The notes: a model not told the origin generated them from the letters alone. 64,000 nt of DNA from Acidimicrobiales bacterium (GCA_039583695.1 JAVKSL010000004.1:10543-74542); one strand, 5' to 3'. Positions 35,495-45,914 are shown, counted from the first letter of the stretch. Program-made: numbers and translations.

Positions 35495-38106
35495 AGGTCC
35501 CCCGGGGCAGCCGGGCCTTCTCCGGGCGCCAGCCCGGGCTGACCCCGCACCAGCCCGAGCTGACCCCGTACCAGCCCGAGTGACTCGTCTATGCGCCCGG
35601 CGTTCCGCCCCCCGGCGATGGCCAGCTCGGGGTCCCGACCGCCTCCGCCACCGACAAGCCGGGCAGCCCCCGCCAGCAGCTCTGAGGCCACCAGGCCAGA
35701 CGCCTTGGACACGGCGGCCACCAGGGCCACCCCCTTGCTGTCAGGCGAGCCGATCAACACCACAGCTCTCACACCGGGCCGGTCCCGTACCGCCACGGCC
35801 AGGGTCCGTAGCTCGTCACTCGTGGCGCCGTCCCGCCTGGACACCACCAAGCCATCGGATGCGACCGAAGCCAGGGCATCCGCCTCCCCCCTCAGCGCCT
35901 GAGCCCGCAGGGCCTTCAGCTCTTCGCTGGCCACCCTCGCCCGTTCCGCCAGCCTCTCCACCCACTCGGGCACGTCGGCAACCTGCGGCGCTCTGAGCAG
36001 CTCGGCGGCTCGGACCAGCAAATGCTCCTCCTCCCGGACATGAGCCAGCGACACCTTGCCGGTCAGCGCCTCGATCCGGCGGGTGTTGGCACCGATCGAG
36101 GCCTCGGAGACTATCTTGACCAGCCCTACCGCGCCCAGCGACGAAACATGCGTCCCCCCGCACAGCTCCACCGACCGCCCGGCGCGCACCACCCGCACCC
36201 TCTCGCCGTAGCGGTCCCCGAAGAACGCTATCGCCCCCAGGGCGTCTGCCTCCGAGCGCGAGACCTCCTCGGTGACCACCGTGTCGTTCGCCAGCACGGC
36301 GGCGTTCACCAGATCCTCGACCCGCTCGATCTCGGCGGGGGTGAGCCCCCCGAAGTGGCTGAAGTCAAACCGCAACCGATCCGGCGCGACCAAGGACCCC
36401 TGCTGGGAGACATGGGACCCCAGCACTTCGCGCAGCGCCCACTGCATCACGTGCGTGGCGGTGTGGTTGCGCCTGATGGCGGCCCGGCGCTCGGCGTCCA
36501 CCTCAGCCACCACCTCCTGGCCCGGCCACATCTCCCCCTCGAAGACCACATGGTGTCGGATCAGCCCAGGCAGTGCTGCGGTGGTGTCGGTCACCCGCGC
36601 CCGCCCCGTCTCTGTGGTGACGAACCCCGTGTCCCCCACCTGACCACCGCCCTCGGCATAGAAGGGCGTGACATCCAAGAACAGCTCGCCGTCCCCAATC
36701 TGCAGAATATGCCCGGTGGTCGCGCACCCCTCGTATCCACGAAACTCGGTGGTGCCAAACTCCTCCAGCAGCTCGCGATACCTGCCCAGTCGATCGAGGT
36801 CCGCTCCCGGGCCGGCCCCCGCAACCCGGGCGCGGGTGCGCTGGGCGGCCATCTCCGCCTCGAATCCGGCCACGTCCACGCTCACCCCGCGCTCAGCTGC
36901 GATCTCGCGGGTGAGGTCGATCGGGAAGCCGTGGGTGTCGTGAAGGCGAAACGCCACGGGTCCTGACAGACCTCCGGCGCCAGTGCTGCCCAGCTCGTTG
37001 TCCAGGATGGCCAGCCCAGTCCGCAGCGTCTGGCGAAATCGCTCCTCCTCCCGCTCCAGGATCCCGTGGACAAAGTCGGCCTGACGTGCCAGCGTGGGGT
37101 ACGCCCCGCTCATCACCTCGACCACCGTGGCCGACAACGGCGCCATGACCTGGGTGCTGACCCCGAGCTGATGGGCGTGGCGGACTGCCCGGCGGATGAT
37201 CCGCCGCAGCACGTAGCCCCGGCCCTCGTTGGAGGGAAAGACCCCGTCGCTGATCAGGAAGCTCGCCGAGCGGGCGTGGTCTGCCAGGATGCGCAAGCAC
37301 ACGTCGGAGCTGGGCGCGGCGCCGTAGCGCCGCCCGGTAACCGCGGCGGCCGCGCCCACCAGGGGGACCATCAAGTCGGTGTCGAACACCGAGTCGACTC
37401 CCTGGAGGATGCAGGCCAGCCGCTCGAGGCCCGCCCCGGTGTCGATGTTCTTGCGCGGCAGCTCGACCAGCGTGTCGTCACCTCTCTGGAGGTACTGGGT
37501 GAAGACCAGGTTCCAAAACTCGACGAAGCGCTCCTCCGAGCCCTTCGCCGGGCCGCCGCCGGGTCCGTAGGCTTCTCCCTTGTCCCAGAACAGCTCGGAG
37601 GACGGCCCGCACGGTCCGGTCTCGCCCATACGCCAGAAGTTGTCGTCCCCCATCCGCTGGATCCGCTCGGGGCTGAGGCCCACGGCGTCGGCCCAGATCG
37701 CGTGGGCCTCGTCGTCGCTGTCGTGGACTGTCACCCACAGGCGCTCGGGGTCGAGACCCAGAACCTCGGTGACCAGCTCATAGGCCCAGGCAATGGCCTC
37801 GGACTTGAAGTAGTCCCCGAAGCTGAAGTTCCCGAGCATCTCCAGCAGCGTGAGGTGCCGGGTGCTGCGCCCGATCGCCTCGATGTCGTCGTGGCGCCCG
37901 CTCACCCGCAGGCAGCGCTGCACCGACACCAGGCGAGGGGCCGGCGGGACCTCGTCGCCGGCAAAGTACCCCTTGAACGGCACCATGCCCGCAACGGTGA
38001 ACAGCAGGGTGGGGTCGTGGGGGATCAGGCTGGCGGAGGGTACCGCCAGGTGGCCTCGCTCGACAAAGAAACTGGTGAATGCGGCCCGCAGCCCGTTGGA
38101 GTCCAT
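35491..38106 (-). CDS. alaS: Alanine--tRNA ligase
   Basis: DPTLLF..AGM, EMLGNFSFGDYFK, IDTGAGLER, TPFYAEGGGQ, NHTATH, ELCGGTH. Confidence 0.97.
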   Translation of the reverse strand: MDSNGLRAAFTSFFVERGHLAVPSASLIPHDPTLLFTVAGMVPFKGYFAGDEVPPAPRLVSVQRCLRVSGRHDDIEAIGRSTRHLTLLEMLGNFSFGDYFKSEAIAWAYELVTEVLGLDPERLWVTVHDSDDEAHAIWADAVGLSPERIQRMGDDNFWRMGETGPCGPSSELFWDKGEAYGPGGGPAKGSEERFVEFWNLVFTQYLQRGDDTLVELPRKNIDTGAGLERLACILQGVDSVFDTDLMVPLVGAAAAVTGRRYGAAPSSDVCLRILADHARSASFLISDGVFPSNEGRGYVLRRIIRRAVRHAHQLGVSTQVMAPLSATVVEVMSGAYPTLARQADFVHGILEREEERFRQTLRTGLAILDNELGSTGAGGLSGPVAFRLHDTHGFPIDLTREIAAERGVSVDVAGFEAEMAAQRTRARVAGAGPGADLDRLGRYRELLEEFGTTEFRGYEGCATTGHILQIGDGELFLDVTPFYAEGGGQVGDTGFVTTETGRARVTDTTAALPGLIRHHVVFEGEMWPGQEVVAEVDAERRAAIRRNHTATHVMQWALREVLGSHVSQQGSLVAPDRLRFDFSHFGGLTPAEIERVEDLVNAAVLANDTVVTEEVSRSEADALGAIAFFGDRYGERVRVVRAGRSVELCGGTHVSSLGAVGLVKIVSEASIGANTRRIEALTGKVSLAHVREEEHLLVRAAELLRAPQVADVPEWVERLAERARVASEELKALRAQALRGEADALASVASDGLVVSRRDGATSDELRTLAVAVRDRPGVRAVVLIGSPDSKGVALVAAVSKASGLVASELLAGAARLVGGGGGRDPELAIAGGRNAGRIDESLGLVRGQLGLVRGQPGLAPGEGPAAPGDL

Positions 38107-38242
38107 CTCGGCTGCACAGCCTAACGCCGAGCGGCGACGCGGGCCGGTCCGAGCCGTGCTCGTCCAGCGCCGGCGCCGAAGCTGTCGCGGTTGTGCCCCT
38201 CTTAGGGGCGTAAGCGCGATAGCTTCGACTACCTTGGCCCAA

Positions 38243-39622
38243 ATGCGAGTGCTGCTGGTGTCGACCTACGAGCTCGGGCATCAACCCCTTCACGTGGCCT
38301 CCCCCGCCGCAGCCCTGAGCGCGGCCGGCCACGAGGTGCGCTGCTTGGACCTAGCGGTCCAGCCCTGGGTCGGGGACGATGATGATGCGCTCGCGTGGGC
38401 CGAGGCGGTGGGATTCTCGGTGCCGATGCACACGGCCATGCGCCTCGCCCTGGCAGCTGCTCGGCTGGTACGAGCACGACGCCCGGGCATCCCTATCTGC
38501 CTATACGGCCTGTACGCCCAGGTCAGCGCGGAGCTGACGCTCGGCGCCATAGCTGATCGGGTCATCGCCGGGGAGTACGAGCCAGCCCTCCTGGATTGGG
38601 TCCACGGCCTGACGACAACCTCCCCAGGGCCGGCCGCGGGGGACGGCCCCCTGTCCGTCGAGCTGGGCCGCTCGAGCTTCTCGGTACCGGCGCGCCACCT
38701 TTTGCCCCCCCTGGAGCGATACGCCCGCCTGCTAATCGGCGACGAGCGCCGCCTTGTGGGTTACGTGGAGGCGACTCACGGCTGCTCCCACCGATGCGGG
38801 CATTGCCCGGTCCCCGTCGTCTACGACGGCCGGACTCGTGCCGTCGAAGGCCAAGTCGTGCTGGCGGATGTGCAACAGCTGGTGGCGAGTGGGGCACAGC
38901 ACCTGACCTACGGTGATCCTGATTTCTTGAATAGGCCGGCTCACGCGTTGGGTGTGGCGAGGGCGGTGCACGACGCCTTTCCGGGCCTCACCTTCGACGC
39001 CACCGTCAAGGTCACCCACATCCTGCGCCATGAGTCGATCTGGGCCGAGATGGCCCAGATCGGCTGCCTGTTCGTCGTCTCAGCCTTCGAGTCTGTGGAC
39101 GAGGCCACGCTGGTGCGCCTCGGCAAGGGCCACACCGTGGCCGACGCCGCCAGGGCGGTCGGCCTGCTGCGGGAGCACGGCATCGAGATCCGGCCGTCCT
39201 GGCTGCCGTTCACGCCATGGACCACGCATGCGCAGGTGGCGGATCTGGTCGGCTTCGTGGCGGCACACGACCTGGTGCCCAACGTGGACCCGGTGCATTA
39301 CTCGATACGGCTGTTGATCCCGGATGGCTCGTTGCTGCTCCGCAGGCCGGACCTCAACTTGGACACCTACGACGCCGGGGCACTGGGCTGGGCCTGGCAC
39401 AACCCCGACCCCTCGGTGGACGCACTGCAGGTGGAGCTGGCTGAGATTGCCGAGGTGGCCGCGGCGAGCGGGGAGCCGGTGGAGGACACCTTCGGCCGGG
39501 TGTGCGAGGCGGTGGGGATCCGACCGGCGTTGGCGGGCCCGGGCGCGGCGGCGGGGCGGCCCCGGCTGAGCGAGGCCTGGTTCTGCTGCGCCGAACCCAC
39601 AGCCAGCCAGTGGCGATCGTGA
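38243..39622 (+). CDS. CUAEP/CCAEP-tail radical SAM protein (Cys form)
   Basis: [10 protein letters not shown]-terminus, CSHRCGHC cluster motif, C-terminal WFCCAEP; TACCTT 7 nt before ATG. Confidence 0.85.
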   Translation: MRVLLVSTYELGHQPLHVASPAAALSAAGHEVRCLDLAVQPWVGDDDDALAWAEAVGFSVPMHTAMRLALAAARLVRARRPGIPICLYGLYAQVSAELTLGAIADRVIAGEYEPALLDWVHGLTTTSPGPAAGDGPLSVELGRSSFSVPARHLLPPLERYARLLIGDERRLVGYVEATHGCSHRCGHCPVPVVYDGRTRAVEGQVVLADVQQLVASGAQHLTYGDPDFLNRPAHALGVARAVHDAFPGLTFDATVKVTHILRHESIWAEMAQIGCLFVVSAFESVDEATLVRLGKGHTVADAARAVGLLREHGIEIRPSWLPFTPWTTHAQVADLVGFVAAHDLVPNVDPVHYSIRLLIPDGSLLLRRPDLNLDTYDAGALGWAWHNPDPSVDALQVELAEIAEVAAASGEPVEDTFGRVCEAVGIRPALAGPGAAAGRPRLSEAWFCCAEPTASQWRS

Positions 39623-40584
39623 AGTACCGGCGACTGGGCGGCTCAGGCCTGAGGGTGAGTGAGCTGGGACTGGGATCGTGGGTGACTTTCGGAGCGCAGG
39701 TCGACGAGGACCTGGCCGGGCGCTGCATGGCGGCGGCTCGGGAGGGCGGGGTCAACTTCTTCGACAACGCCGAGGTCTACGGCGGCGGGGAGTCCGAGAG
39801 GCTCATGGGCAGGGTGCTCGCCACGCAGGGCTGGCCACGGTACAGCTACGTGGTCTCCACCAAGCTGTACTGGGGGCTCCACGACGACGTGAACACGCAC
39901 CACACATTGAATCGCAAGTACCTGTTGGGGGCGATCGACGACTGCCTGGACCGCCTGGGCCTGGCGTACGTCGACTTGTTGTTCTGCCATCGGTCTGACC
40001 CGGAGACACCGCTCGAGGAGACTCTCTGGGCGATGAGCGACATCGTGCGCTCGGGTAAGGCGCTCTACTGGGGCACCTCGGAGTGGTCGGCCGACGACAT
40101 CCGCGAGACCTGGGAGATCGCCGAGATCCACCATCTGCGCAAGCCGGTGGTCGAGCAGCCCCAGTACAACTTGTTGACCCGATCCAAGGTGGAGACCGAG
40201 TACGCCCCGCTTTACGAGGACATCGGCCTGGGCCTGACCACATGGAGCCCGCTGGCGTCGGGCCTGCTCACCGGCAAGTACGCCGAAGGTGTGCCCGCCG
40301 GGAGCCGGGGCTCGCTGCCCGGATACGAGTGGCTCGCCCGATCCCTGACCGACGCCGAGGCCAATATGCGCGTGACGCGGCTGGCTGGCGTCGCCGGTGA
40401 GCTGGGCTGCTCACTGGCCCAGCTGGCCATCGCCTGGTGCGTGCGCAACCCCCACGTGTCATCGGTGATCACCGGCGCCAGCCGGGTTGAGCAGGTGGGG
40501 GAGAACCTCGCCGCCCTGGACATCGTGCCAAAGCTCACCCCTTCGGTGCTGACCCGGATAGACGCAGCGCTCCAGGGGTACTGA
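39619..40584 (+). CDS. Aldo/keto reductase (Kv-beta-like)
   Basis: [34 protein letters not shown]; GTG overlaps the radical SAM stop. Confidence 0.92.
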   Translation: MKYRRLGGSGLRVSELGLGSWVTFGAQVDEDLAGRCMAAAREGGVNFFDNAEVYGGGESERLMGRVLATQGWPRYSYVVSTKLYWGLHDDVNTHHTLNRKYLLGAIDDCLDRLGLAYVDLLFCHRSDPETPLEETLWAMSDIVRSGKALYWGTSEWSADDIRETWEIAEIHHLRKPVVEQPQYNLLTRSKVETEYAPLYEDIGLGLTTWSPLASGLLTGKYAEGVPAGSRGSLPGYEWLARSLTDAEANMRVTRLAGVAGELGCSLAQLAIAWCVRNPHVSSVITGASRVEQVGENLAALDIVPKLTPSVLTRIDAALQGY

Positions 40585-40590
40585 GGCGCT

Positions 40591-40624
40591 CGCTCGTGGC
40601 GTCAGGCATGCGCCCCGACGAGCG
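40591..40624. terminator. Imperfect hairpin between convergent genes
   Basis: cgctcgt-ggcg ... cgcc-ccg-acgagcg. Confidence 0.35.
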
Positions 40625-40689
40625 TGACCGGCAGGTGTGCCGTTCGCGCAGGTGGCCAATCTGACCGATTCGGGCGCTCCGGTGCACGC

Positions 40690-41526
40690 TCATCCGTGAT
40701 TTTCCGGCCCCCCGAGCCCAGGGCCGACCGACAGCGCCACGCCCAGGGGGATCACCTCGACTCCGAAGCGGGACCGCAGCCGGCTCAGGGCCATGAGCAC
40801 CGGCAGGCCCAGCGCCATGACCATCACCGCGTTGCCAACGGCACGAAAGGTGTCGTACACCAGAGAGGTTGCCAGGTAGAAATGAGCGAAGTGGGTGACC
40901 ACGGCCCCAAGCCCCATCCCCGGTCGGAAGCCCAGACCGGGTGACGCAGCAAAGAACGTCCAGTCCCACAGGTCCATCACGACACCGAAGGCATAGCCGG
41001 CGGCCACACCAAGCGCGGCGAGGATCGCTGCGTCGCGCCAGGTCGGGGCGCTCCCGCGGCGGCGACTTCCTGCCCATCCGGCGGCCACCCCCACCCATCC
41101 GACGGCGAAGAGCTGGTAGGGCAGCCAAGGCCCGAGCCCTCCGGTGACCAGGGCCGAGACCAGCAGCGAGGTAGCTCCAAGCAGGAACCCGTAGCTGGAT
41201 CCAAACACGTAGCCCCCGCAAAGGATGAGCAAGAAGATCGGGCTGAAACCGCCGATCCCGGTGACCACCGCAGCGCGTGCCGCCGCGTCCATCGCCGAGA
41301 GCGTGGCCAGCAGCGCAAAGCTGCGGGCATCGAGGCGACGACCCGCCAGCTCGACGACAGCCAGCCCGAACACCGTGCCGACGCCAGCTGCCGTTGCGGC
41401 ACCCGCGCCCGGCCCGCCCAAACCGAGGAAGGGCCAGACGAACATGCCGGCCCCGACTGCGGAGGCAAATGCCAGGAAAACAGGGGTAGCGAGCAGCGTT
41501 TTGCGGGCTGTGCCCCGGGCGTTCAC
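40690..41526 (-). CDS. ECF transporter S component
   Basis: FSPIF.LIL..GYVFG..YGF, GGLGPWLPYQ, Y..TSL.YD..RA.GN. Confidence 0.85.
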   Translation of the reverse strand: MNARGTARKTLLATPVFLAFASAVGAGMFVWPFLGLGGPGAGAATAAGVGTVFGLAVVELAGRRLDARSFALLATLSAMDAAARAAVVTGIGGFSPIFLLILCGGYVFGSSYGFLLGATSLLVSALVTGGLGPWLPYQLFAVGWVGVAAGWAGSRRRGSAPTWRDAAILAALGVAAGYAFGVVMDLWDWTFFAASPGLGFRPGMGLGAVVTHFAHFYLATSLVYDTFRAVGNAVMVMALGLPVLMALSRLRSRFGVEVIPLGVALSVGPGLGGPENHG

Positions 41527-42941
41527 AGTGCCGCCACCTTGGAAGCCACCGCCGGGCCGGCGGCGGCCGGGCCAGCCGCGGCCGTGACCCGGCCGTTTTG
41601 GACCAGGACGACCCGGTCACCAAGCTCGGCCGCCAGCTCTGAGTCATGCGTTGCCAGCACCACTGAGGCGCCTTCATCCGCAAGGGCGCGAAGGGTCTTG
41701 GACAGGCCAACACGTGAGGCAGCATCCATGCCCCGGGTCGGCTCGTCCAGCAACGCCAGCTCTGGTCGACCAACCAGGACCGTCGCCAGGGCCGCCCGCT
41801 GGCGCTGCCCTCCAGAAAGGTCTCGCGGGTCTCTCCTCGCCAGCGCAGCCAGCCCAAGCTGACCCAGTATCCGCATCGGGTCGTCGGACACACCGGACCA
41901 CCGCAGGGTTTGGGCAATCTCGTCCAGCACGCTGCTCCTGTGCAGCAGGGTGCCAGGGTCCTGGGGAAGGTAGGCGATCCGGGAACCACGGGAGGCACCG
42001 CGGTCCCGCCCCGGGGCACGCTCCACCCGCCCCGCGATAGGGGGCAAAAGCCCGGCAATCGTGCGCAGGAGGGTGGTCTTGCCGGCCCCGTTCGGACCTG
42101 TGAGCACGAGTATCTCCCCCTCACAGCCGCACAGGTCCACGTCGGGGACCACCGGACGCCCGGCGATCCCTGCGGTGACTCCCCGGAGCGCCCACACCTC
42201 CATCCCAGGCGGCCCGGCGGCCCCTCCGGCGGCAACTGACCCAGCCACTCTCGGGGAACCCTCCGACGACAGCTGTCCGCCCTCCACCATCACCAGCCTG
42301 AACGACCCCGACCCCCCCAACCGACCCGTCCTCTGCTCAGCCACGACAACCGTGTGCCCGCTGCTCGCCAGGTCGCCGAGGATCGCCTCCAGCGCCCTGG
42401 TGCCGGCCTCGTCCAGCTGCGAGGTGGGCTCGTCCAGCGCCACCACCTCGGGCGCCGCGGCCAGCGCTCCAGCCAGAGCAACCCGCTGACGCTCTCCTCC
42501 GGACAGGGTACTGAGGCGACGCCCACCCATCCCACCAATACCCACCCGATCCAGGGCAGCTGCCACCATCGCCTCCACCTCTCGCGGGCCAAAACCAAGA
42601 TTCTGGGGCCCAGCAGCCACCTCTCTCGCCACGACCCCGCGCACGAATCCGAGCTGAGACTCCTGAAACACAAAACCGACGTGACGAGCCAGGTCGCGCG
42701 TCGGCGTGGTCAGCACATCCAGGCCCGTCACCTCGACCCGACCGGCAATGCGACCGCCGTGGAAGTGAGGAACCAAGCCGTTGAGGAGGCGGAGCAGTGT
42801 CGACTTTCCCGCCCCCGAGTCCCCGCCCAGCATTGTCAGCCCGGGCACCAGCTCCAGGTTCACGTCGAACAGCGCAGCGGGCGCCGACCCCGCCCACGAC
42901 GGATACCAGTAGCACAAGTGCTCGATGATCGCGCTCGGCAT
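41523..42941 (-). CDS. ECF transporter duplicated ATPase
   Basis: Two cassettes: GDSGAGKS/LSGGE/DEPTSQLD and GPNGAGKT/LSGGQ/DEPTRGMD; ATG overlaps the upstream stop. Confidence 0.9.
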   Translation of the reverse strand: MPSAIIEHLCYWYPSWAGSAPAALFDVNLELVPGLTMLGGDSGAGKSTLLRLLNGLVPHFHGGRIAGRVEVTGLDVLTTPTRDLARHVGFVFQESQLGFVRGVVAREVAAGPQNLGFGPREVEAMVAAALDRVGIGGMGGRRLSTLSGGERQRVALAGALAAAPEVVALDEPTSQLDEAGTRALEAILGDLASSGHTVVVAEQRTGRLGGSGSFRLVMVEGGQLSSEGSPRVAGSVAAGGAAGPPGMEVWALRGVTAGIAGRPVVPDVDLCGCEGEILVLTGPNGAGKTTLLRTIAGLLPPIAGRVERAPGRDRGASRGSRIAYLPQDPGTLLHRSSVLDEIAQTLRWSGVSDDPMRILGQLGLAALARRDPRDLSGGQRQRAALATVLVGRPELALLDEPTRGMDAASRVGLSKTLRALADEGASVVLATHDSELAAELGDRVVLVQNGRVTAAAGPAAAGPAVASKVAAL

Positions 42942-43816
42942 CAGCCCGGGCTCTCCGAGACCACAAAACCCACTAAAACCAACAGCAACGGCGGCAAAAG
43001 CGCTGCCAGGCCGTAGTCGGGAACCCCCAAGGTGGGATACGGATACCAGACCCCGATCGCCCCCACTACCCGAAGCACCACAAACACGCTCAGCGCCACC
43101 AAGGCCCCAGCCCCGACCACCAGGTCGGCGCTGCGCTGGGCCACCAAACCGCCAACCCTTGCACCCGAACCGAACGCCCGGGCCTCCATGGCTTCTCCCA
43201 GCTGGAGCGACGACTCGATGGCTCCCCCCAACACCGGGACCACCACCTCGACCAGGGTCCTCACGCCCCGGACCCTCCAGCCCCGCAGTCGCTGGGTGTC
43301 GCGCATCTCGACGAAGCTCGAGGCGAGCGACGGAAGGAGGTTGAGCGCCGCCCCCAGTGCTGCGCCCGTGCGACTCAGACAAGCCGGCAGGGCGTCAGCC
43401 AGGTCCGTCGGCTCTATCACCAGCGAAAGCGCAGCACACACCGACACCGCCGCAGCCAGTCCCAACGAGATCCCCACGCCGAACGCGAAGCCTTCCACGG
43501 TGATCGGCCCGCCGAGCAGCGGCAACCAGGCCGGCAAGCTCACCACCACGCTGGCCCCGGCATGGCTGAGCAAGCCGTTGACGGCGACGGTGATGAGCAC
43601 GAGGAAGCCGACCCCGATGGCCAGGGGCCGTAGCCTGCGCCCCGGGACCAGCCGCCTCCCCAGTAGGACCCACGCGGCCACCAGCACGAGGCCCCTCACG
43701 ACCGGATCGTTGGTCGCCAGGGCCATCGTCAGCCCCGCGAGCACCCACAGGCCCAGTGCGGCGGGCCGGCTGAGCCCCCTACGAGACAGGAGGAGGCACC
43801 GACGGGGCGGCGGCAT
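42941..43816 (-). CDS. ECF transporter T component
   Basis: TM-rich, QRLRG and AMEARAFG motifs; start uncertain. Confidence 0.85.
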   Translation of the reverse strand: MPPPRRCLLLSRRGLSRPAALGLWVLAGLTMALATNDPVVRGLVLVAAWVLLGRRLVPGRRLRPLAIGVGFLVLITVAVNGLLSHAGASVVVSLPAWLPLLGGPITVEGFAFGVGISLGLAAAVSVCAALSLVIEPTDLADALPACLSRTGAALGAALNLLPSLASSFVEMRDTQRLRGWRVRGVRTLVEVVVPVLGGAIESSLQLGEAMEARAFGSGARVGGLVAQRSADLVVGAGALVALSVFVVLRVVGAIGVWYPYPTLGVPDYGLAALLPPLLLVLVGFVVSESPG

Positions 43817-44291
43817 TGCCCTTGGGTGAGTCGTAGCGCAGCCCGAGCGAGTCGCCGGCCTTGAGAGTGATGTCACTGATGCCGGTGGAAGCCGTCAGCC
43901 AGCCCCCGCTGCCGTGCGCAACGAACAGCGCCCAGTAGGGCTTGCCCGAGGGCAGGCACGAGACGTAATGAGCCGGAACGTGATCGACCTGACAGACGCC
44001 CAGGCCAAAGCTGTACTTCTGGGTCCCGACCTCGACCCCGGCCTTCTGAAGAGCCGCTACGGCGGGCACGCCCCCTGCGCCCACGCCGAAGCAGCGTGAG
44101 ATTACGTCACCGGCCGCTGGCTCTACCACGACAGCGACCCGAGTGCCGGCCACCGTGGCGCACGACAGGCTGGCGGTGGCAGTGGCGGTGGTCGTCGGTG
44201 CCGGTGGGGTCTCGGTCGCCCCCCCGCAAGCCGAGGCCGCGAGGCCCAACCCGACGGCAAGAACCGGGATCCGAAACGAGCGAAGCCTCAC
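43779..44291 (-). CDS. Lipoprotein, putative cobalamin-binding partner of the ECF module
   Basis: Lipobox ASAC; VCQVD..P, YWALF, W..ASTG, GDSLG.RY pattern resembling DUF4430/transcobalamin-like domains; first gene behind the riboswitch. Confidence 0.65.
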   Translation of the reverse strand: MRLRSFRIPVLAVGLGLAASACGGATETPPAPTTTATATASLSCATVAGTRVAVVVEPAAGDVISRCFGVGAGGVPAVAALQKAGVEVGTQKYSFGLGVCQVDHVPAHYVSCLPSGKPYWALFVAHGSGGWLTASTGISDITLKAGDSLGLRYDSPKGNAAAPSVPPPVS

Positions 44292-44334
44292 GATGTTGCC
44301 TCCTCCGGGGTGATCTCGCCCCGTATCAGCTAAA

Positions 44335-44432
44335 GGGAGCGGTCAGTGTCTGACTCCCGGATCGCTCCGGTCACAGTGGCGGCACCGCGCCGGACTTGCA
44401 CCGGCTTCCTGGTCCCACTCCCCATTGGTTAT
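44335..44432 (-). ncRNA. Cobalamin riboswitch (short form)
   Basis: Minus strand AGGAA-GCCGGTGCAAGTCCGGCGCGG-TGCC-GCCACTGTGA...GAGTCAGACAC (B12 box); TAAGCT -10 just upstream. Confidence 0.92.
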
Positions 44433-44509
44433 GAGCGCCAGCTTACTCCAAGGAATATTGCTCGGCATTGCCTCACCGAAATGCCCACTCACCCTGAGTG
44501 GTTTGCCTG

Positions 44510-44538
44510 TTGCACGGCTCGGGGTTGGTTGATATGGT
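44510..44538 (+). promoter_or_regulatory. SigA-type promoter, leaderless
   Basis: TTGCAC-17nt-TATGGT-7nt-GTG(44546). Confidence 0.6.
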
Positions 44539-44545
44539 ATGAGAC

Positions 44546-45148
44546 GTGTTGGCCTGGAGGGTCACGAGGGCGAGGTGGTTGGTCCTGGTGTTGGTCGCGG
44601 TCGGGACCGCGGCCTGTGGTAGCACGGCACCGAACTACCCCGGCGCCACCGTTCCCACTGCGATCGTGGGCGAGCCCTACGCCGTCCCCGCAGTGATCAC
44701 CAAGCCCTACGTGCAAAAAGTCCTGAACGCCCTAGAGGCCGTGAATGCCCAAGCCGCCCGCCTGATCATCGCCCGCAAGTCCTTGGTCCCAGCGGCGATA
44801 GTCGACCTCGAGTCCGTAGACACACCAGCGGAGCTGCAAGCCCAAGAGGCGGTGCTGCGGCAGGAGTCGAGTGCTGGCTTTGCCAACTTCCGGTCTAATC
44901 CGGGGCTCGTGCATGATTCGGTTACGAAAATCCTGTTCAGCTCTCCCACGTGTGTGTATCTCGCAGCCACCAGAGACTACTCCCAGGTTGAGGTCCATCC
45001 CCCGCCCCTGCATACGTCGTACTTTGCCCTGGATGAACGGATTGCATCGAACCAACCGGACCAGCCCAATCCAACGCCGTGGGTGATCGCCTTCCTGGGT
45101 TACAACTCCAATGGCACCGTTCCCCGAAACCCATGTATGCCAGCCTGA
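44546..45148 (+). CDS. Hypothetical lipoprotein
   Basis: Lipobox TAAC; mixed alpha/beta mature part with two further Cys. Confidence 0.7.
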   Translation: MLAWRVTRARWLVLVLVAVGTAACGSTAPNYPGATVPTAIVGEPYAVPAVITKPYVQKVLNALEAVNAQAARLIIARKSLVPAAIVDLESVDTPAELQAQEAVLRQESSAGFANFRSNPGLVHDSVTKILFSSPTCVYLAATRDYSQVEVHPPPLHTSYFALDERIASNQPDQPNPTPWVIAFLGYNSNGTVPRNPCMPA

Positions 45149-45906
45149 TCTCAGCGTTCCTCCTATTGGCGGCAGCAACGCCCTCGTCTAGCAACACGAC
45201 CGTCGTGGAAGGTCCATTCGGAGGGTCAATCATCTACAAGGTCTCGGGCACCACGCCGGGGCGGGGGGCGCCTCCAGTAACCCCGCCCACCGTGACTCCC
45301 ACTACACAAGCCCCTCGACGGGCTGCCACATTCACCGCCAGCACCTGCGGTCCGCGACGGATGACGGCTTCGGGGTCCGGCGGCCCGACCTTGTACCTCC
45401 CCGGAGCTGCCACATTGTGTGCAAGCTCGACCGCCATCACCACCAACCCCAAGACCACCCCATCCGTCTCGCCCGCAGGACTCGCGGCCAGGGTGTGGTC
45501 CAACCAGGGCACCAACTTGTTACCGAGCCCGCATCCCTACATAGCTCCAGGCGAGGCACTCGCCGGGCTGCCGGGATACCTGGAGGTGCGGGCGCCCCTC
45601 ACCGCCACCTTCTCCGATCCCACCCGCCTCGGCACCCTCGTCGTCCATGCCAGGGCGGTGGTATATGTCAACTGGGGCGACAGCACGCCGACCACCGGGC
45701 CTTACCACAGCCCCGGGGCGCCCTGGCCAAACGGAACCATCACTCATTACTGGGACTACGACGGCACCTACAGGATCACCGTGTCAGAGGACTGGAGCGC
45801 CACTTGGTCCCTGGCGGGTGCCTCGGGCACCCTCGGAGGCCTGCAGACCTACGGCACTATCAACAATTTCCATGTGGGCCAGCTCGAGTCGGTGCGCAAT
45901 TACTGA
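45133..45906 (+). CDS. Hypothetical secreted protein with PKD-like beta-sandwich C-terminus
   Basis: Signal-like N-terminus, Thr-rich linker, WGD...ITHYW..DGTYRITVSEDWSATW. Confidence 0.65.
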   Translation: MYASLISAFLLLAAATPSSSNTTVVEGPFGGSIIYKVSGTTPGRGAPPVTPPTVTPTTQAPRRAATFTASTCGPRRMTASGSGGPTLYLPGAATLCASSTAITTNPKTTPSVSPAGLAARVWSNQGTNLLPSPHPYIAPGEALAGLPGYLEVRAPLTATFSDPTRLGTLVVHARAVVYVNWGDSTPTTGPYHSPGAPWPNGTITHYWDYDGTYRITVSEDWSATWSLAGASGTLGGLQTYGTINNFHVGQLESVRNY

Positions 45907-45914
45907 GGCTCCAT

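Noticed and set aside
37850-38242. Long N-terminal extensions in the ORF track (radical SAM; likewise tsaE, rimI, jetC, YlbL, sugar permease, ECF ATPase)
   Set aside because: They overlap genuine neighbouring genes and are high-GC open-frame artefacts; better starts have coupled stops or -10 elements
39580-39600. Selenocysteine readthrough in the radical SAM tail
   Set aside because: Codons are TGC TGC (Cys-Cys), not TGA
40535-42235. Long alternative-frame ORFs (566 aa here, 504 aa at 31269, 422 aa at 9095 and others)
   Set aside because: Arg/Pro/Gly-rich or antisense shadows of well-supported genes, with no motifs
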